The notes: a model not told the origin generated them from the letters alone. Counted from the whole stretch's first letter, positions 25,134 to 39,012 are shown. The stretch: DNA of 62,991 nucleotides, filler included, from Rhabdomonas costata (GCA_019059605.1; 55 parts of 55 records of this genome joined end to end with filler, not necessarily neighbours in it); one strand, 5' to 3'. Numbers and translations: made by a program.

Positions 25134-25699
25134 NNNNNNNNNNNNNNNNNNNNNNNNNNNNNNNNNNNNNNNNNNNNTTAATTAATTAANNNNNNNNNNN
25201 NNNNNNNNNNNNNNNNNNNNNNNNNNNNNNNNNGTGGTTTGTTTGGAAGGCGTAAAGTTACCCGTAAATCCTCAAATACAATCCCTGTCCTGATAACCCT
25301 GGCGCTTCCATTTGAATTCGGGCTTGTACCGGTATTGCCGCTTTCCGCTGGAAGGTGAACGCGAAAATACTGTCCATCAGGGAAATGCCAACTTGCAAAA
25401 GTCCATACCCGTCGTACAAGGATCTACGACATCCTTGCCATCATTTTCTGCCTTTGGGTGAAGAGAGATTTTACTCTGCCGTGGTGACAAAGAAGCGTCC
25501 AATGAGGTTGAATTCCTGCCCCAAGTGCCCCAACGAATATACAGTCCCTCCCCTAAAGGTTAATACATTCCACCCGTTGGGGTTAGCAAGGATGTTCAGA
25601 ACCCGTGTTAATGCCAAGCTACAGCTTCTGCTGCCACTGCCGGGCTTTGATTCCCCCTGACTGCTGCTGGGAGGGCGAGAAGCACCCAGGTCATTCAAT

Positions 25700-26281
25700 T
25701 GCTCGGGCGGTGCAGACGCCTCCGAGTGCGGAGAAGTGAAGGTTTGCTGTTGGGTGGGGTCGTTGGTGAAGTCGTCCAGGTAGTTCGATCCATACACACG
25801 GAAGACGCTCATCGTGCAGTATGGCTGGCGCCCGTGAAAACTCACCAAAAGGACCTGCAGAAGAACACACGACGAAAGTTGGATGTGACTTCACAGCTGG
25901 CGTGAGAAAGCGGCATGTGAAGGAGCAATCAAACGTGCAAACGCTAAAGCTAAAGATCCCGAAAGCGAATTGCAAAAACAAAGCAAAATCTTGAACACTC
26001 AGCACCTTGAGATAACGGACTATGACTGGGGTTTTCAGGGCAAACTCTTGCAGATCCATCGTCGGTTCAACGTGAAAATTCCCCAGCATCTGCCACATGC
26101 ATCCCCGCTCGGGAACGCAAGGATAGGCTGTGGAGCCCAGCAGGGTCAGCTGCGCAACCCCACTGCTGTAAAACTCGTAGTTCGCCAAGGCAAAGGCGGC
26201 CATGCGAACTTCATCCGAGAGCTCCACCACAAACCACTTTCGCGCCGCAATGCAGGGAATGAGAAGATACCACAAAAAAAC
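25700..26281 (-). CDS. Mid-SUN (Sad1/UNC-like; SLP1/SUCO type) domain protein; exons 26281-26006 and from 25854 (3' limit uncertain)
   Basis: YLLIPC...KWFVVELSDEV...ANYEFYSSG...LLGS..YP...W..LGNF...VRYLK|VLLVSFHG.QPYCTMSVFRVYG, with phase-0 intron gtgctg...ctgcag. Confidence 0.85.
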
Positions 26282-27611
26282 NNNNNNNNNNNNNNNNNNN
26301 NNNNNNNNNNNNNNNNNNNNNNNNNTTAATTAATTAANNNNNNNNNNNNNNNNNNNNNNNNNNNNNNNNNNNNNNNNNNNNTGTGTTGTGTGCTGTATGA
26401 AACACCTTGAAGCTGCGGCTTAGCATTGCCCAGTAGATTCACTAACGTATTGCATGTAACTCCAAATGACATCCAGTCTACATTGCACGTACGATGTAGA
26501 ATGAGTGTGTGTAGTCGGCGGGTTACTTTTATCAACTGCTGACAAAATTGCACGTAAAAGCAAGTCTGGATTTCTTGGCAGTGACACTTAACGCATCTCA
26601 CGTGACAGTGACTCTGTTTAGAGGTTGGACGGTGTCCACAGCGGAACACAAGTCTGTCAACGTTCACAGATGGGTCTCGGTCTCACAATCTACAATGACC
26701 TCCGTAATGTCAAAATATTTTGAATTTGACGCATCAAATGTAAATGGTGAAACGCACACAATTATGTTAATTAAATACGCCAAATGCGCAACATTTGCAC
26801 TGTCAAGCTGTGGATCATTGCTTTTGGCTTGATGATCAAAGTCAATTTTTTCAACAGCAGTCGTGGTAGAGTTTAAAACTAAGACTCTGTTTGGCTTGCT
26901 GCCTCGTCAGAATATAATGACCACACGTCTCAAGCGAGTTTCATTGCCTTTGACAAGACCTTTGTATCCTGCGCCTTGTATAATGAAGATAATTCATGCC
27001 ATTTAATCACGGCACTCGGCTACACAAAGTAGTTCGTAAATACAGATAAAATGAATGAACATTACTTGTAACGCTGACAACAGAGCTGCGCCACAACAGT
27101 TTATTGGACATCGTGTAACTCAACATCATATCGAGAGACAGCCGCTAATTTTATCTCCCGTCACAGGTCTACCAAAACCAACACTCCCCCCGACACAATA
27201 AACGCTACCTGTGCTCCTTCTTATTCTTTCTCAGTGGCTTTGTATTACGCTGTGAGCTATTTGTGACAAAGTTTCCACTGCGGCCACGGCGGTGACCGGA
27301 TATATCATTCTGGGGAAGCAGTTTTGTAATTGGGGGTCGTTGGGCTTGCAGTGGTCTAAATTTCGCTGGATGCAAGCTTCGGTACCATATGTTTGTCACG
27401 ATAGATATCCCGATTGCGGCATCATTCGTNNNNNNNNNNNNNNNNNNNNNNNNNNNNNNNNNNNNNNNNNNNNTTAATTAATTAANNNNNNNNNNNNNNN
27501 NNNNNNNNNNNNNNNNNNNNNNNNNNNNNCGGACCCGTCACCTTGACTCCAGGGGACCTTCGCTCTTTTCTGATCATCTTTGTTTCCCTGTGCCAACATG
27601 CACTCGCTCAG

Positions 27612-28365
27612 GTCTGCGTGGCCTGCATGGGATACCTCTTCACGGGCTACAACAACCAGATCGCCCCCCGCACGAGGTTCCCGATTCTATTTCTGTCTGC
27701 CTCGGCGATCAACTTCAGCTTTGGGTTGACCTCCGCACAGGAGCGGCAGAAGTACTTCTCCTCCGTGACCTGGAGGTTCATCGACGGTGGGGAGCAGCAG
27801 CTCAAGGACCGTGTTAAGCAGATGTGGAGGGTGCTTTTCAAGGCCTGTCGGAGGTTCAAGGTGAGGCAAGCTCCTTCCGCCCCATTTTTTTCTCTCGTCC
27901 ATCTGGGAGGAGTTTGGAAGCCTAATAACTGCGGGGAAGTCTGCGGGTAACGTTTGTGGGACAGGTGTTGTATGGGAAGAGATGAGGATTACTCTGGACG
28001 CCGCGCTTTGGATGAAGGAACGTGGCCGTGTTGGAGCTTGTCTATGAATCGAATTAGCTCCTGAAACTCCCTGCGGTTATTTGGGTACCTACCAACAGGT
28101 GATACAAATCGTGATTTTGGTGAAATAGGATATGAGCTGTATTGACTCCGACAATGTTTAAGTTCAAAGGCGTTCAGCCGTAGCCAGGAATGATGTCAGC
28201 AAGCGTGGTGACTTTTTATTTTGGGGCGTTGTGGATGTGGGGCCCAGGTGAGGTATCCCATCGCGGTCCCGATTGGGCTGAGCAACTTCCTCGAAGGTTT
28301 CCGCGGGAAGTACGCCGTGATGCTGGTGTATCATGAGGCGATGTTTGAAGTCTTGTGTGAGCAAA
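27612..28365 (+). CDS. Unidentified protein, exons 27612-27860 and 28248-28365
   Basis: Canonical splice sites give an in-frame join ...LFKACRRFK|VRYPIAVPIGLSNFLEG...; GC3-rich codons. No confident family. Confidence 0.5.
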
Positions 28366-28676
28366 GTATGTGCGGTGGTCTCTGCCTTTGCATTGTGCCA
28401 GAGGGTTATTAGCAATTTCGTTTACAATTGCCTTTTGAGAGGTCATATGATTTGTTGGAGCACCCTCCATAGTTATCTGTTCTGATTCACACAGCCACAG
28501 GGTGAATGGCACGTCACTTTCATGAAAATTCCTCGCCAATAGGACGCTTTGGACTTTGAGAACTGGAGAGACAAGTNNNNNNNNNNNNNNNNNNNNNNNN
28601 NNNNNNNNNNNNNNNNNNNNTTAATTAATTAANNNNNNNNNNNNNNNNNNNNNNNNNNNNNNNNNNNNNNNNNNNN

Positions 28677-29724
28677 CTGCGATGTAGCGGAAGCGCTTCT
28701 TCAACGGCTTCCAGATCCCGTAGTTGTAGACGATCCCGTCCCCGGTCTTGAAGCTCCACTTCTCGTTGAAGGCAACAGCTTCACGATGAACGTCATCCCA
28801 GGACAGGTCCGAGGACTCGAAAACAGAGTCGTCGGACAGGTACTTGGCCATCTCCTTCTGGTACCAGCGCTTGCACACCAGCACCAGCCCGTGAGGAGCC
28901 CGATCGTCGTGCAAGAAGACCAACAACTCCTGGGCTTCACGGACGGCCTGCCTCAGTCCTGGGAAGCCGTGGGGCTTCATCGTGTCCTGCTTCTCGTTCA
29001 CCCAGCTCAGCCAGTTGTTGCGGCACTTCTCGTACACCGTGTCGGCCCACTCGTCCAGCTTGTCCAGGCGGCGTTGATCTCCTCGTGAGCACCACGCGGC
29101 GTAGCCGTTCAGCGAGGCGCGAAGGTCCACGAACACGCTCTCCATGTCCGTCTGCAGCCGGAACTTCCTGCCCCGCTGGACCATGGTGCGCAGGTAGGGC
29201 CACTTCAGGTTCCTCGTGTCGAACATCACGATATGTCCGTCGTGGAACGCCTCGTCGTCGGGCTTGGAGAGGCAGTTCTTGCACGGGCAGTTCTCCAGCG
29301 TGTCCTGAAGGGCTCGTTCAATGTTCAGCTCCTCCGCCACCTTCGCGAAGTTGCAGAGGATGGCCTGCAGCTGCGGGCTGAACTTGTCGCACACCATGAT
29401 GGCGGCTCCCACCTCCGGCTCAGGGTGCTTGTTGTAGACCTCCGGGTCACGCAGGACGTTGCGGAGCAGCAGGTGGACGGCGTCCTGGTGGCCGAAGTGG
29501 AACTTCAGGTAGTGCCTGTCCGGAGGTGAGGCTCTTCGCGCACGCAGCTCGTCGATGATCGCGGCCTCCACGGACCTCAGTCCGGCCCAGCGCTTGTCTG
29601 CAGGGACGTTGGCCTGGATCCAGTCGAGAGACTCCCGGAGCTTGACCTTGTCCCAGGCCTTGATGCTCTTCAGGGCGTCCGCACCGAGAGTCTCGAGCTG
29701 CTTCAACCAGGTGGAGACCTGGCG
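28677..29724 (-). mobile_element. Penelope-like retroelement (Naiad/Chlamys-type) ORF, region upstream of and entering the RT
   Basis: Intronless frame open across the whole contig. CPC...GHIV...LRTMVQRGRKFR, LVFLHDDRAPHGLVLVCKRWY and YNYGIWKPLKKRFRYIA parallel the PLE motifs C.C...GH...LR....KGP.FR, FV.VP.DKA.NN...VCK..Y and Y..PK.HK...RFIA. Confidence 0.65.
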
Positions 29725-31126
29725 NNNNNNNNNNNNNNNNNNNNNNNNNNNNNNNNNNNNNNNNNNNNTTAATTAATTAANNNNNNNNNNNNNNNNNNNN
29801 NNNNNNNNNNNNNNNNNNNNNNNNTTGTTTGGGTTACTTGAACATTTGGCTTCTTGTTACCACAAAAGGAAGCACTTCCGGGGGGAAAACACCTGGACAA
29901 AGGGGGCAGCGCCAATGGATGCCATCAGGTCATTCACGACAAGAAAACGAACCTGCCAAAAAAAGCGGATTATGCGGCATTCCCCAAGCAGAGACACATC
30001 AGTCGGAGTCGCATGTCTCGGATGAGGAAACAGGGGCCACACACCAGCTCAGGAATGGGACAATCCCAGCCCAGCAGTTGCCTGAGGTGCTCAAAGCGGG
30101 ACTGACCGCTTGACTCCAGAAAAGTTGCCTGCTCAAGTTTTTCTCGCACAAGTCCCAGCAGTAACTAAAAGCGGAGAGGTCGAGAGCCGCCGCAAACTAA
30201 CGTCCTCTAACGTCCCACAGAAACAAACCGAGAAAAAACCACAGCGACCTGTCGCTTTACAATGAACTTCTTGATTTGCTTTTCATAGCAGAGCAAAGGG
30301 CTCAGTGCCTGCTCTCCCAAAAGCTCTGAAGCAACGTCCTTCAACTCACCGTACACCTGAACACCACGAACGTAGAACGTAAGTTCATTTCTCTGTTGAC
30401 TTGGAACACCAAATGCTTTGTGAAATGAGATTGAGCCACCTTTAAAAAAATCCGTTGAGGGAAGATACAAAACAAAAATATTGCAATGAAAAAATACCTG
30501 TGAAGGCCAATGGAGCTGAGCGGAAGCTTCATCGACACCAACCACCCATTTCGCTTCCAAGGCAAGTTGAATGGGAAGCTTCCGTAACAGTGCGTCCCTT
30601 TGGCCGAGCAAGGCACGACTTTGTTCCCAAACTGAACTGGTCAAAACCACTGTGACCCTTTCTTTGCCTTTGAGGCACTCCACGGAGAACAACGGTGGAA
30701 AACGCAGCAGAAAATCTGGCATGGCCCCAAGAGTGAGGAAGTAGGCACGGCTCCAGCTGACGTCTGCCACAAGCAACCGTGGACCAAATGTCACGTGTGA
30801 AAACGACAAGATTTTTGAATCAAAGAAACTTTTCTTTTGGATCTTAATCCTTTCTTTGATTCAAAAACCACCNNNNNNNNNNNNNNNNNNNNNNNNNNNN
30901 NNNNNNNNNNNNNNNNTTAATTAATTAANNNNNNNNNNNNNNNNNNNNNNNNNNNNNNNNNNNNNNNNNNNNGTGTTGGTGTCTTTGAATCTCTCCTGTG
31001 TGCTTTCTTGGTGCAAAGTTTGTTTGCTGACGCTCCAGCTACTGTGTTGGCAACCCCTGTTGCCGCCGTGCCGTTCAAAGAAGTAATCTTTCTGTCCTTT
31101 GTCCTTGAGTTTAGCGACTGATTACC

Positions 31127-31272
31127 CAGGTTCACCATGATGTCCGCGCAGACGTGCTGTCGCTGTGGACGCTACAAGCACACCAAAGCCTTCTTGAGAA
31201 AGCAGCCATTGCATGAACGCAGGTCCCGAAATACAATCCTGCTCATCGACATCGAACTCCCGAAATGTTTCC
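31127..31272 (-). CDS. Exon with EF-hand-like motif
   Basis: tttag acceptor, then ETFREFDVDEQDCISGPAFMQWL (F..FD.D....IS...F). Confidence 0.4.
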
Positions 31273-34200
31273 CTAAAATTTGAGATGGCAAAAAAGAAGG
31301 CGCAACCCATAATGGAAGAGAGGTTGAGACCATGGAGATTCACCCAGTGGTCCGAGCATACACAAAACTTATCGCAGCTCAGGACGCCAACACCAAGACT
31401 CAGCAGAAAAGAAAGAAATGAAACGACCCAAGCTTCGCAAGAAGGTTGGGAAAAAAGGGCCCCTTCCTCATGCCTGAGGTCCTCTTCTGTGAAGCGAGTC
31501 CCCGAGATGTCATTGAAGGAATAAACGGCAGAAGTGCGGTCCCTGGGAACCATGGAGAAGTCTTCAGCGCCCGTCAGGGCGGGAACCGAACTCAGCAAGT
31601 GCGCAAGCGGCGGCCTGGCCAATGACTAATGAAAACAACAAGGAAACCGGAACGAATAATGTGGGCAGAAGATCAGGTCCCTGCAGTACGCACGCGACGC
31701 GCAAGGCCAAGTAAGAGAAACCCACAACTTGTTGATGTTGCATCCCTCCTCCTTTCTGGCGTGAAATTGGGTTTGCATTTGAGTTAATGAAGCGGGTCTC
31801 GGCCACCCCGCTCATCCCATTCACAAAATAAATTATTGACGGTGAAATGATGATACAAAAAAAATGGTCCAGCGCCACACCGAGTTTAAGACATGGCCAA
31901 TTCAGAAGACCCCCCCCTACCCCTGCAAGCTGCAAGAATCTCAATTATTCTGTAATTAAATGAAATCTCGAGGTGTGTTTGGTTGGGTTTGTTAATTGAT
32001 TGGGTCGACCTNNNNNNNNNNNNNNNNNNNNNNNNNNNNNNNNNNNNNNNNNNNNTTAATTAATTAANNNNNNNNNNNNNNNNNNNNNNNNNNNNNNNNN
32101 NNNNNNNNNNNTTGTTGGTTGGTGCTTACCCTTAGCGCCCTGCTAAAGCATACCACGGCAAGCCATAAGGTCCGCCACAGCACCGAGGAAGAGGGAAGAA
32201 AGGAAGAATTGGAGGCGCAGGTGCATCTTTGACCCCCCCCCCCCTCTATCAAGTGCATTTTGGGGACCAACCCCATTTACGGCGCCAGGTCAAGATAGGT
32301 CTCGGGGTTAGGTAGCGATGTAAAGCAAGATAAAAGGTGTCTAGCCCGTTTGTCACCTTCGTTTACCACCTCTGAGGCACCATGTCTTGAGGTACTAAGG
32401 GATGCGCACGTGCGTGACTGAGCGAGCGGGTGGGTGTGCCTGTGGCACAAGCAGCGGCTCCAGGATCGGCAAGGCCATCCCGGGAACCCTCGAGGTCCTC
32501 ACACTCGTTGGACTCTGCGGGCAGCACGGGCAGCACCCGAGACGGCAGCATGCTGCGCCGCCGCGAGGACTCCGCCGAGCGCTGGGAAGCCGGAGAGAGA
32601 GAAGCAGCCTTACCTTCCGGCTCCTCCTTGTGCTCGTCATTGGAGGTGTTGTTCTCTCCCAGCACGGCCTCAGGGAGGTACGCCCGAAACTCCTAAACAC
32701 AGGGGAAGCGGATAAATTCCGATTAGCCCAAACCCCGTAGGAGGCGAACTATGGAAACATGGAAAGTGGGACTTCACATGATGTTGCCTGTGCATTCACC
32801 AGAGCATGCTACAGCATCTGCTCAGAAGTGAGTGGTGGGGGGCAGGTCCATCTTTTTCCTTCCCCACCTATGCCACACCCCCACACTGTTCCAATCATTT
32901 GCAAAATCGCAATGAAACTATAAGTTGAATGAAATTCAATGTGCGAACACAGCTTATAGCTGCTGCGCTCCCCACTAACGGGCAAGCCCAAGAAGACTGA
33001 CCGGATGGCTGCCACATTATTCGGTTGGGAAGAACGCTCTTCACTGGAGTTTCAAAGAGTTAGGTGTGGGGGTACACACATACACACTTGTGACGCCTGC
33101 CAACCGGTCAAAGGACCATCAAGGAGAAATCTCTCAGCTATAACTGCAACAACCCAACCNNNNNNNNNNNNNNNNNNNNNNNNNNNNNNNNNNNNNNNNN
33201 NNNTTAATTAATTAANNNNNNNNNNNNNNNNNNNNNNNNNNNNNNNNNNNNNNNNNNNNGTTGGTGTGGTAAATCAATGAAAAAGCGCTTTAATTTGAAG
33301 AAAAATAAACCCATTAGGAAATAAATATTAAACATTCCAACGTGCACATAAACAGTCACCACCATAAAGAGAGCCATGTCTATTTACGTTTTCTGTTATA
33401 GTATTATCGACTTTGGAACTGACATGATAATGCATGGTAAGTTGAGGATCCACTACACATCAAATAAAGCTTAGACACCCGTGAACGTGCAAAGCACAAA
33501 GCATAGAGGAGAAAAAATTTGCCTATACCACATACAATAAATAACAAGCGTATATTTTTGGTAGAGTAATTAAACAAAACCTCAGTAATGGGAAAGCAAT
33601 CTTTCAAGAAGCTAAAATGTATATGCCACATATAAGCTCATAAACATGCTTGTCAATTCTGGACTCGAGAACGCTGTCATGCCTCTATTGGTACTGTACA
33701 CACGCCACACACGCTCTCTATGATTTGTGTATGCACAGTTTGGTGTTCTGTGTGCACGAACTCATACTGCGGATAATTTAGAGCATTGTTCTTCTATCAC
33801 AAGCCATTTAAAAACCTAACCCTAACCACAAATTTAACCCTAACCATATAATCATATAACTCTAAAGAATACGTTGATCCACTGCTTCAGATGAAGTTTT
33901 GACAAAGCATCTTAACCAGAGGGGGTTTGTGTATGTCACCAGCTTGATGTTGTTCTCTTACAGGTGGATTTTTGTGAACCTTGTTTACTACCACATTTTT
34001 TCAGCTCACATTTTTCAACTCTCCACAACACTTTCGCCACTAATTAGTGTGATACTTGCATTTACTTATTTGAAGGGATCATTGACTTAACTGTTTTTGC
34101 AATCACGTATTCATGTGGATATGTTACTTTTAGCCACAAAATCCTTATTTCCGATGTAATGTGTTTATTCAGGCGTTATCAGTGTTTTTGATTTGAATCT

Positions 34201-36369
34201 TTGTTGATGTGTGCAGTCCAAATCATAAATTACAGTGTACTAGTGAGTTTTTGGTGGCTACCAATTGACATCCAGGTGGACATCAACAAAGATTCAAACA
34301 AAAACACNNNNNNNNNNNNNNNNNNNNNNNNNNNNNNNNNNNNNNNNNNNNTTAATTAATTAANNNNNNNNNNNNNNNNNNNNNNNNNNNNNNNNNNNNN
34401 NNNNNNNGTTGTTTTTTTGCTATGCTATGAGAAACGAAGCTAAGATATAAAAGTGCCTTTATGCTGTGGTCTCATGCTCCTACGTCGCATGTCCCATAAG
34501 TGTATGAACACCTATGCCATATTCAATATTTTTGATGCCGTGGTGACACTATTATTTGCTGTTCGTGTACTTTGCTACGCTCGTATACTCACTACTGTGC
34601 GTGTTTCAGTCGCTACCATCTGCGCGCGCTAATTAGCAGTACAAGTAGTGGTAAAAATGGGAAATAAAGTTAAGTTGTAAAAAGTGCCTTTGTGTGTTTG
34701 GTGGGTAGCATGCTCCTCACAGATGAGTGGGTCACTTCGCCCCACACCTAGCGGTGGTACTCTCGTTCCATTCAGTTAGTGATGATGTGGTTGTCTCTCC
34801 TCATGCCCTCTGTCATTGTCGTCACATTTGCCCTCTCTCCACGATCAATGTACTCATGTTCCTACACAGCACTATTCCTAATTTAGGTATTTGGTAGTGT
34901 GAGCGATGGTAAGAGTGATGGTTGAGAGGAGCTGTTTTGGTAGGATGGCAGGTTTTCTTGGTGTAAAGTTCAGTTCTGGTGTAGTTAGTTGGTGAAATCG
35001 GCGGTGGCTCCTGTTTTGTATGTTGATTGAGTACTCGTGGCAACGGAGCAGTTGGTTAAAAAATTTGGAAAGGTGCAATATCTGATGCAAATTTGTCATA
35101 CTTGTAGTTTTGTGTGGAGATTTAGCAGAAATAACGCACCAGTCGGAGCACCTTCTCATGGAAAGGTTGATGGATGGTAGTGAGTTCCAGTTAAAAATGG
35201 AGAGAAATCTTCCAAAGAGGACTTAGTGTGGATGGTTCACGAGTTCATGAATGATGAGTTTGAGTTCAAGAGATGGTGAAATCGAGTGTTCAGAGAGACG
35301 TAATATAGTATTAGTTTCCAGGGAGTACTTTGCAGTTATGTTATGGAACTGTGGGTAGTGGTTGCACACCAGGTTGTGCTAAGTGGTGTTAAGCTGAAAC
35401 TCGAAACCCCCGTGAACCACCCCTGTGGTTAACTAACGTGAACCAAAAACACACANNNNNNNNNNNNNNNNNNNNNNNNNNNNNNNNNNNNNNNNNNNNT
35501 TAATTAATTAANNNNNNNNNNNNNNNNNNNNNNNNNNNNNNNNNNNNNNNNNNNNGTCTTTGGGTTTGACCACCCTTTTCTTTCCTCAGTTCCCCGTTTT
35601 GAGTTGGCTTGGTCATTTTTATCCATGGAGCGCCGGTGAGCACACCAACAGATTCATCATCAGAAGACGGGGTTTTGGACCGAGACTCCGGTTATCCGCC
35701 ATCCTACCACTCGCGCCACCTGCGTTGAGCGGGGGTCGCTCGTTGTGGGTCGCTCGTTACCCGATCCACCCAGAGGTACTCCGGATCTGTTGGGGGTGGA
35801 AAAGTGAGGTGAGAGCAAAAACGATACACCGAGAAGAATAGGAGAGAGCTAGGAACCGAGATAGACGGAGTAATCCCTTCTTCAGACCGAATGCTTGAAA
35901 TATCGGTACGTGTGGGTTGAGCGAGACGGAAACGAGAGGGATGATTGGGAGGAAATTACTTTGCTTCAATCGTTGCCTCAATTGCGCCTTGCCAGTGCCT
36001 CGTTGGACCGAGCCAGACTATGGAGATTGTGTTGTTCTTAACTTCGTTCTGCCAAGAACCTAACAAAAGAAGGCTGAACCAAGCCATAGAAAGTGCCAGG
36101 CATAGAAACCGAGACTCGAACCACAGCCGGCAACCGATTGGTTGAGGTATAGATCCTGCGCATTGAAAGTCCAGTTACCATACCAGGCAAATCCGACCGG
36201 GTTCGGCATGACCGGCTCCCCAAGTCGGCCCTACCGTAACACTTAATATCAGGGTAAAATACCATCTTGGCCCGAAGTTTTGATATACGATCTGGTCCAG
36301 CGAAACACCGGAACACATTATTGGAGAGTTTCGGCGGGGAGGTGTCACACCTCTCCTGTTGCCCGTTCA

Positions 36370-36455
36370 TGCTGGAGAGGATGTCGGAAACAACATTCGA
36401 CTTACACGGAATGTGGGTGATGGTCAAATCAAATTCCTGTAATCTGGTGTAGCCA
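36370..36455 (-). mobile_element. Degenerate Ty3/gypsy RNase H C-terminal remnant
   Basis: LQEFDLTITHIPCKSNVVSDILS matches LQEFD..I.H.PGK.N.VAD.LS. Confidence 0.75.
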
Positions 36456-36702
36456 ACGAATATGGCATGGGCTCGGCTTCTCCATGGTGTGAAGGTACTG
36501 GAGGCAAGTGTTGCAGGTGAATGCTTCGAGTTTTGCACCATGGAAGTAGTAATTGAACTGTAAAATAACAGAAATTTTGGACATGTTGGTGGCAAAAAAC
36601 AANNNNNNNNNNNNNNNNNNNNNNNNNNNNNNNNNNNNNNNNNNNNTTAATTAATTAANNNNNNNNNNNNNNNNNNNNNNNNNNNNNNNNNNNNNNNNNN
36701 NN

Positions 36703-37750
36703 GGTGTTTGTTCAGCCCCATGGCAGCACAGGAGAGCGCGTGATCACCGAGAGCGTCTTGGCAGGCACCGCAGGCTACACACGCAATGGGGAGGCCCCCA
36801 CCACTCCGCCGAGGCCCACCTGGGGGAGGGGTGCTTCGGGGCTGAGCAGCCAAGCGCCTGCGTGAGCTCCGGACGCGCATCTTGCGCATCCGGATTGGCA
36901 GGTTCGTCTCGAGCAGACTGGAGCTGAATTCGTGCACCGCGTCCATCCATTGATGCTGGTCTGTCCAGGTTTCGAAAAGATCCAGCTGTGCAACGTCGGA
37001 TGCCAGCGGTTGCCCCACCCGTACAAGAGTACGAAGGGCACTTACATGAGCAGGGCAGACCTTTGCGAGCTCCGCCAAGGGGGTGAAGAAGGACTGCGGG
37101 ACTTTTCAGGCGGGCAGGTGACTGGAGGAGGCCGCTGCCGAGCTGGAGAGGAACGCTGCCACATGAGCCGGGGCGGCGGCGTTAACAGGGTCCAAGATCC
37201 CCAACCCACCCCTTGCGAACGGGAAGCCGAGCAAAAAAGCGACCACTGTGTCTCGTTTGAGGCATCAAGTATGTCACTAAACGCGGAGCGCATTCTCCCC
37301 TGAGCCTCTGTGGCCGACTCCAGTTCCAGTTAAAAGGCAGCGTCCTCAGTAAAAACACCACCTTGCACGCCGACAAGGATGTGGAAGGCTGAAAATGAGC
37401 ATCCCAGCAGCCTTAGTCGCTCCAGACAGGTCTGCAGCTTAGCCAATACTTTCCGGAAGTACTCCTGCACGAACCCCGTAGACCGGATAGGTACTCCCAG
37501 GACCTTCACACCGGTGCCCCATGGTATATAGGGAGCGAGAGCTGACTGGGAGGAGACGGGGCCCCACTGCTTGCACTTCTCCACATTCACTTTGAGCCCC
37601 AACCCTGGGGACTGCTGCACAAGGGCTGCGAACATCCGCTCCACCGCCACCGTCTTTTCCACAGAGGGAACCGTCATCGAGAAACCACTGGCTCCATGCC
37701 TCTCCAGAGGCAGGGCAGCACCTGCGCAGAAGCTGAAGGGCCACAAACAC
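36703..37750 (-). mobile_element. CRE-clade-like non-LTR retrotransposon (RT-thumb-Zn knuckle), frameshifted
   Basis: WFLDDG RT motif, GLKVNVEKC..WGP, LGVPI, FLLRTLP and CVACGACQDALGDHALSC, spread over several frames. Confidence 0.8.
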
Positions 37751-38588
37751 NNNNNNNNNNNNNNNNNNNNNNNNNNNNNNNNNNNNNNNNNNNNTTAATT
37801 AATTAANNNNNNNNNNNNNNNNNNNNNNNNNNNNNNNNNNNNNNNNNNNNGGTTTGGGGTGGCACACGTGTGCTGAAACCACGGCAGCAATTGGCACCTT
37901 TGTGAACTTGCTTTGAGCCTTGCCTGGAGGTGAGAAGGGAATCTGCCCCCTCATGAGAATCACCTGAATCAACTTCCTGGTTAAATTCAAAGGTGCAATT
38001 AATGTGCAACGGATGATGTATCGCTGATGTGTCCTCTGATGATCCCTTGTCTTTTGTGATGTTGAGCTGCGTGCAATGCGTGAGTCTGCTGGCAGCTCAA
38101 CATCACAAAAGACAAGGGATCATCAGAGGACACATCAGCGATACATCATCCGTTGCACATTAATTGCACCTTTGAATTTAATGTGCAACGGATGATGTAT
38201 CGCTGATGTGTCCTCTGATGATCCCTTGTCTTTTGTGATGTTGAGCTGCGTGCAATGCGTGAGTCTGCTGGCCGGCGCAGCACATTCTCTTGTTCTCTTG
38301 TTGACAGCCATAGGGTGCTACATCCCGCATCCTCGCGTATGTGTTTGAGGGCACCTGGATTCTTGACCTTCACCCCTCACTCACTCCATCATTTCATTTG
38401 GAGATGTCTCTCCGACGGGCCCGCAGCGAGATCCAGTACAGCTCAAAGCACATTCCCCGCCTTTACTTTTCCGCACCAGAGAGCTTGTCTTTGCCAAAGT
38501 AAACTCCACATTGGTTTTCCAGAGCAGAAAGAAAGCCGTGGATCCACCATGCGATAGGATCTGGTCTCTGCATGCTGCGGTGTGACAG

Positions 38589-38735
38589 ATGGTAAGGCGC
38601 AATAGTAGGGGAGGAGGGGGGGTTGTGGCAGAGCGGAGGGACTTCGTTCTGGACACTGTGGCGGAGTATGCGAAGGTCTCTGACCCTGCCGTGGTGCGGC
38701 AGTGCTTTCGAGTGATCCTGGAGAAGCTTAAGACC
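38589..38735 (+). CDS. Exon of alpha-helical protein, weakly RRP12-like
   Basis: gacag acceptor, then RRDFVLDTVAEYAKVSDPAVVRQCFRVILEKL; weak recollected similarity only. Confidence 0.25.
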
Positions 38736-39012
38736 CCGCCCCGTGCCCAATCTACGGGTGCACAACTAGTTTCTCATAGGCTGCTGACCATGTATTCTTT
38801 GCGGTTTAGATACGCTGCTGCCCTTCTCGGGCGGCTGTTGGGGAACGTTTGTCGGGTTTGTCGATGTTTTGATAGGATCAATTTGAGAGAAAAACCCNNN
38901 NNNNNNNNNNNNNNNNNNNNNNNNNNNNNNNNNNNNNNNNNTTAATTAATTAANNNNNNNNNNNNNNNNNNNNNNNNNNNNNNNNNNNNNNNNNNNNACA
39001 TTTATTGATAAC

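Noticed and set aside
33814-33846. CCCTAA telomere-like motifs
   Set aside because: Only two or three interrupted internal units; not a telomere array.
37982-38272. Inverted triplication (forward-reverse-forward copies of ~90 nt)
   Set aside because: Copies are identical and joined through short palindromic microhomology, the signature of polymerase template switching; not supported as genomic.
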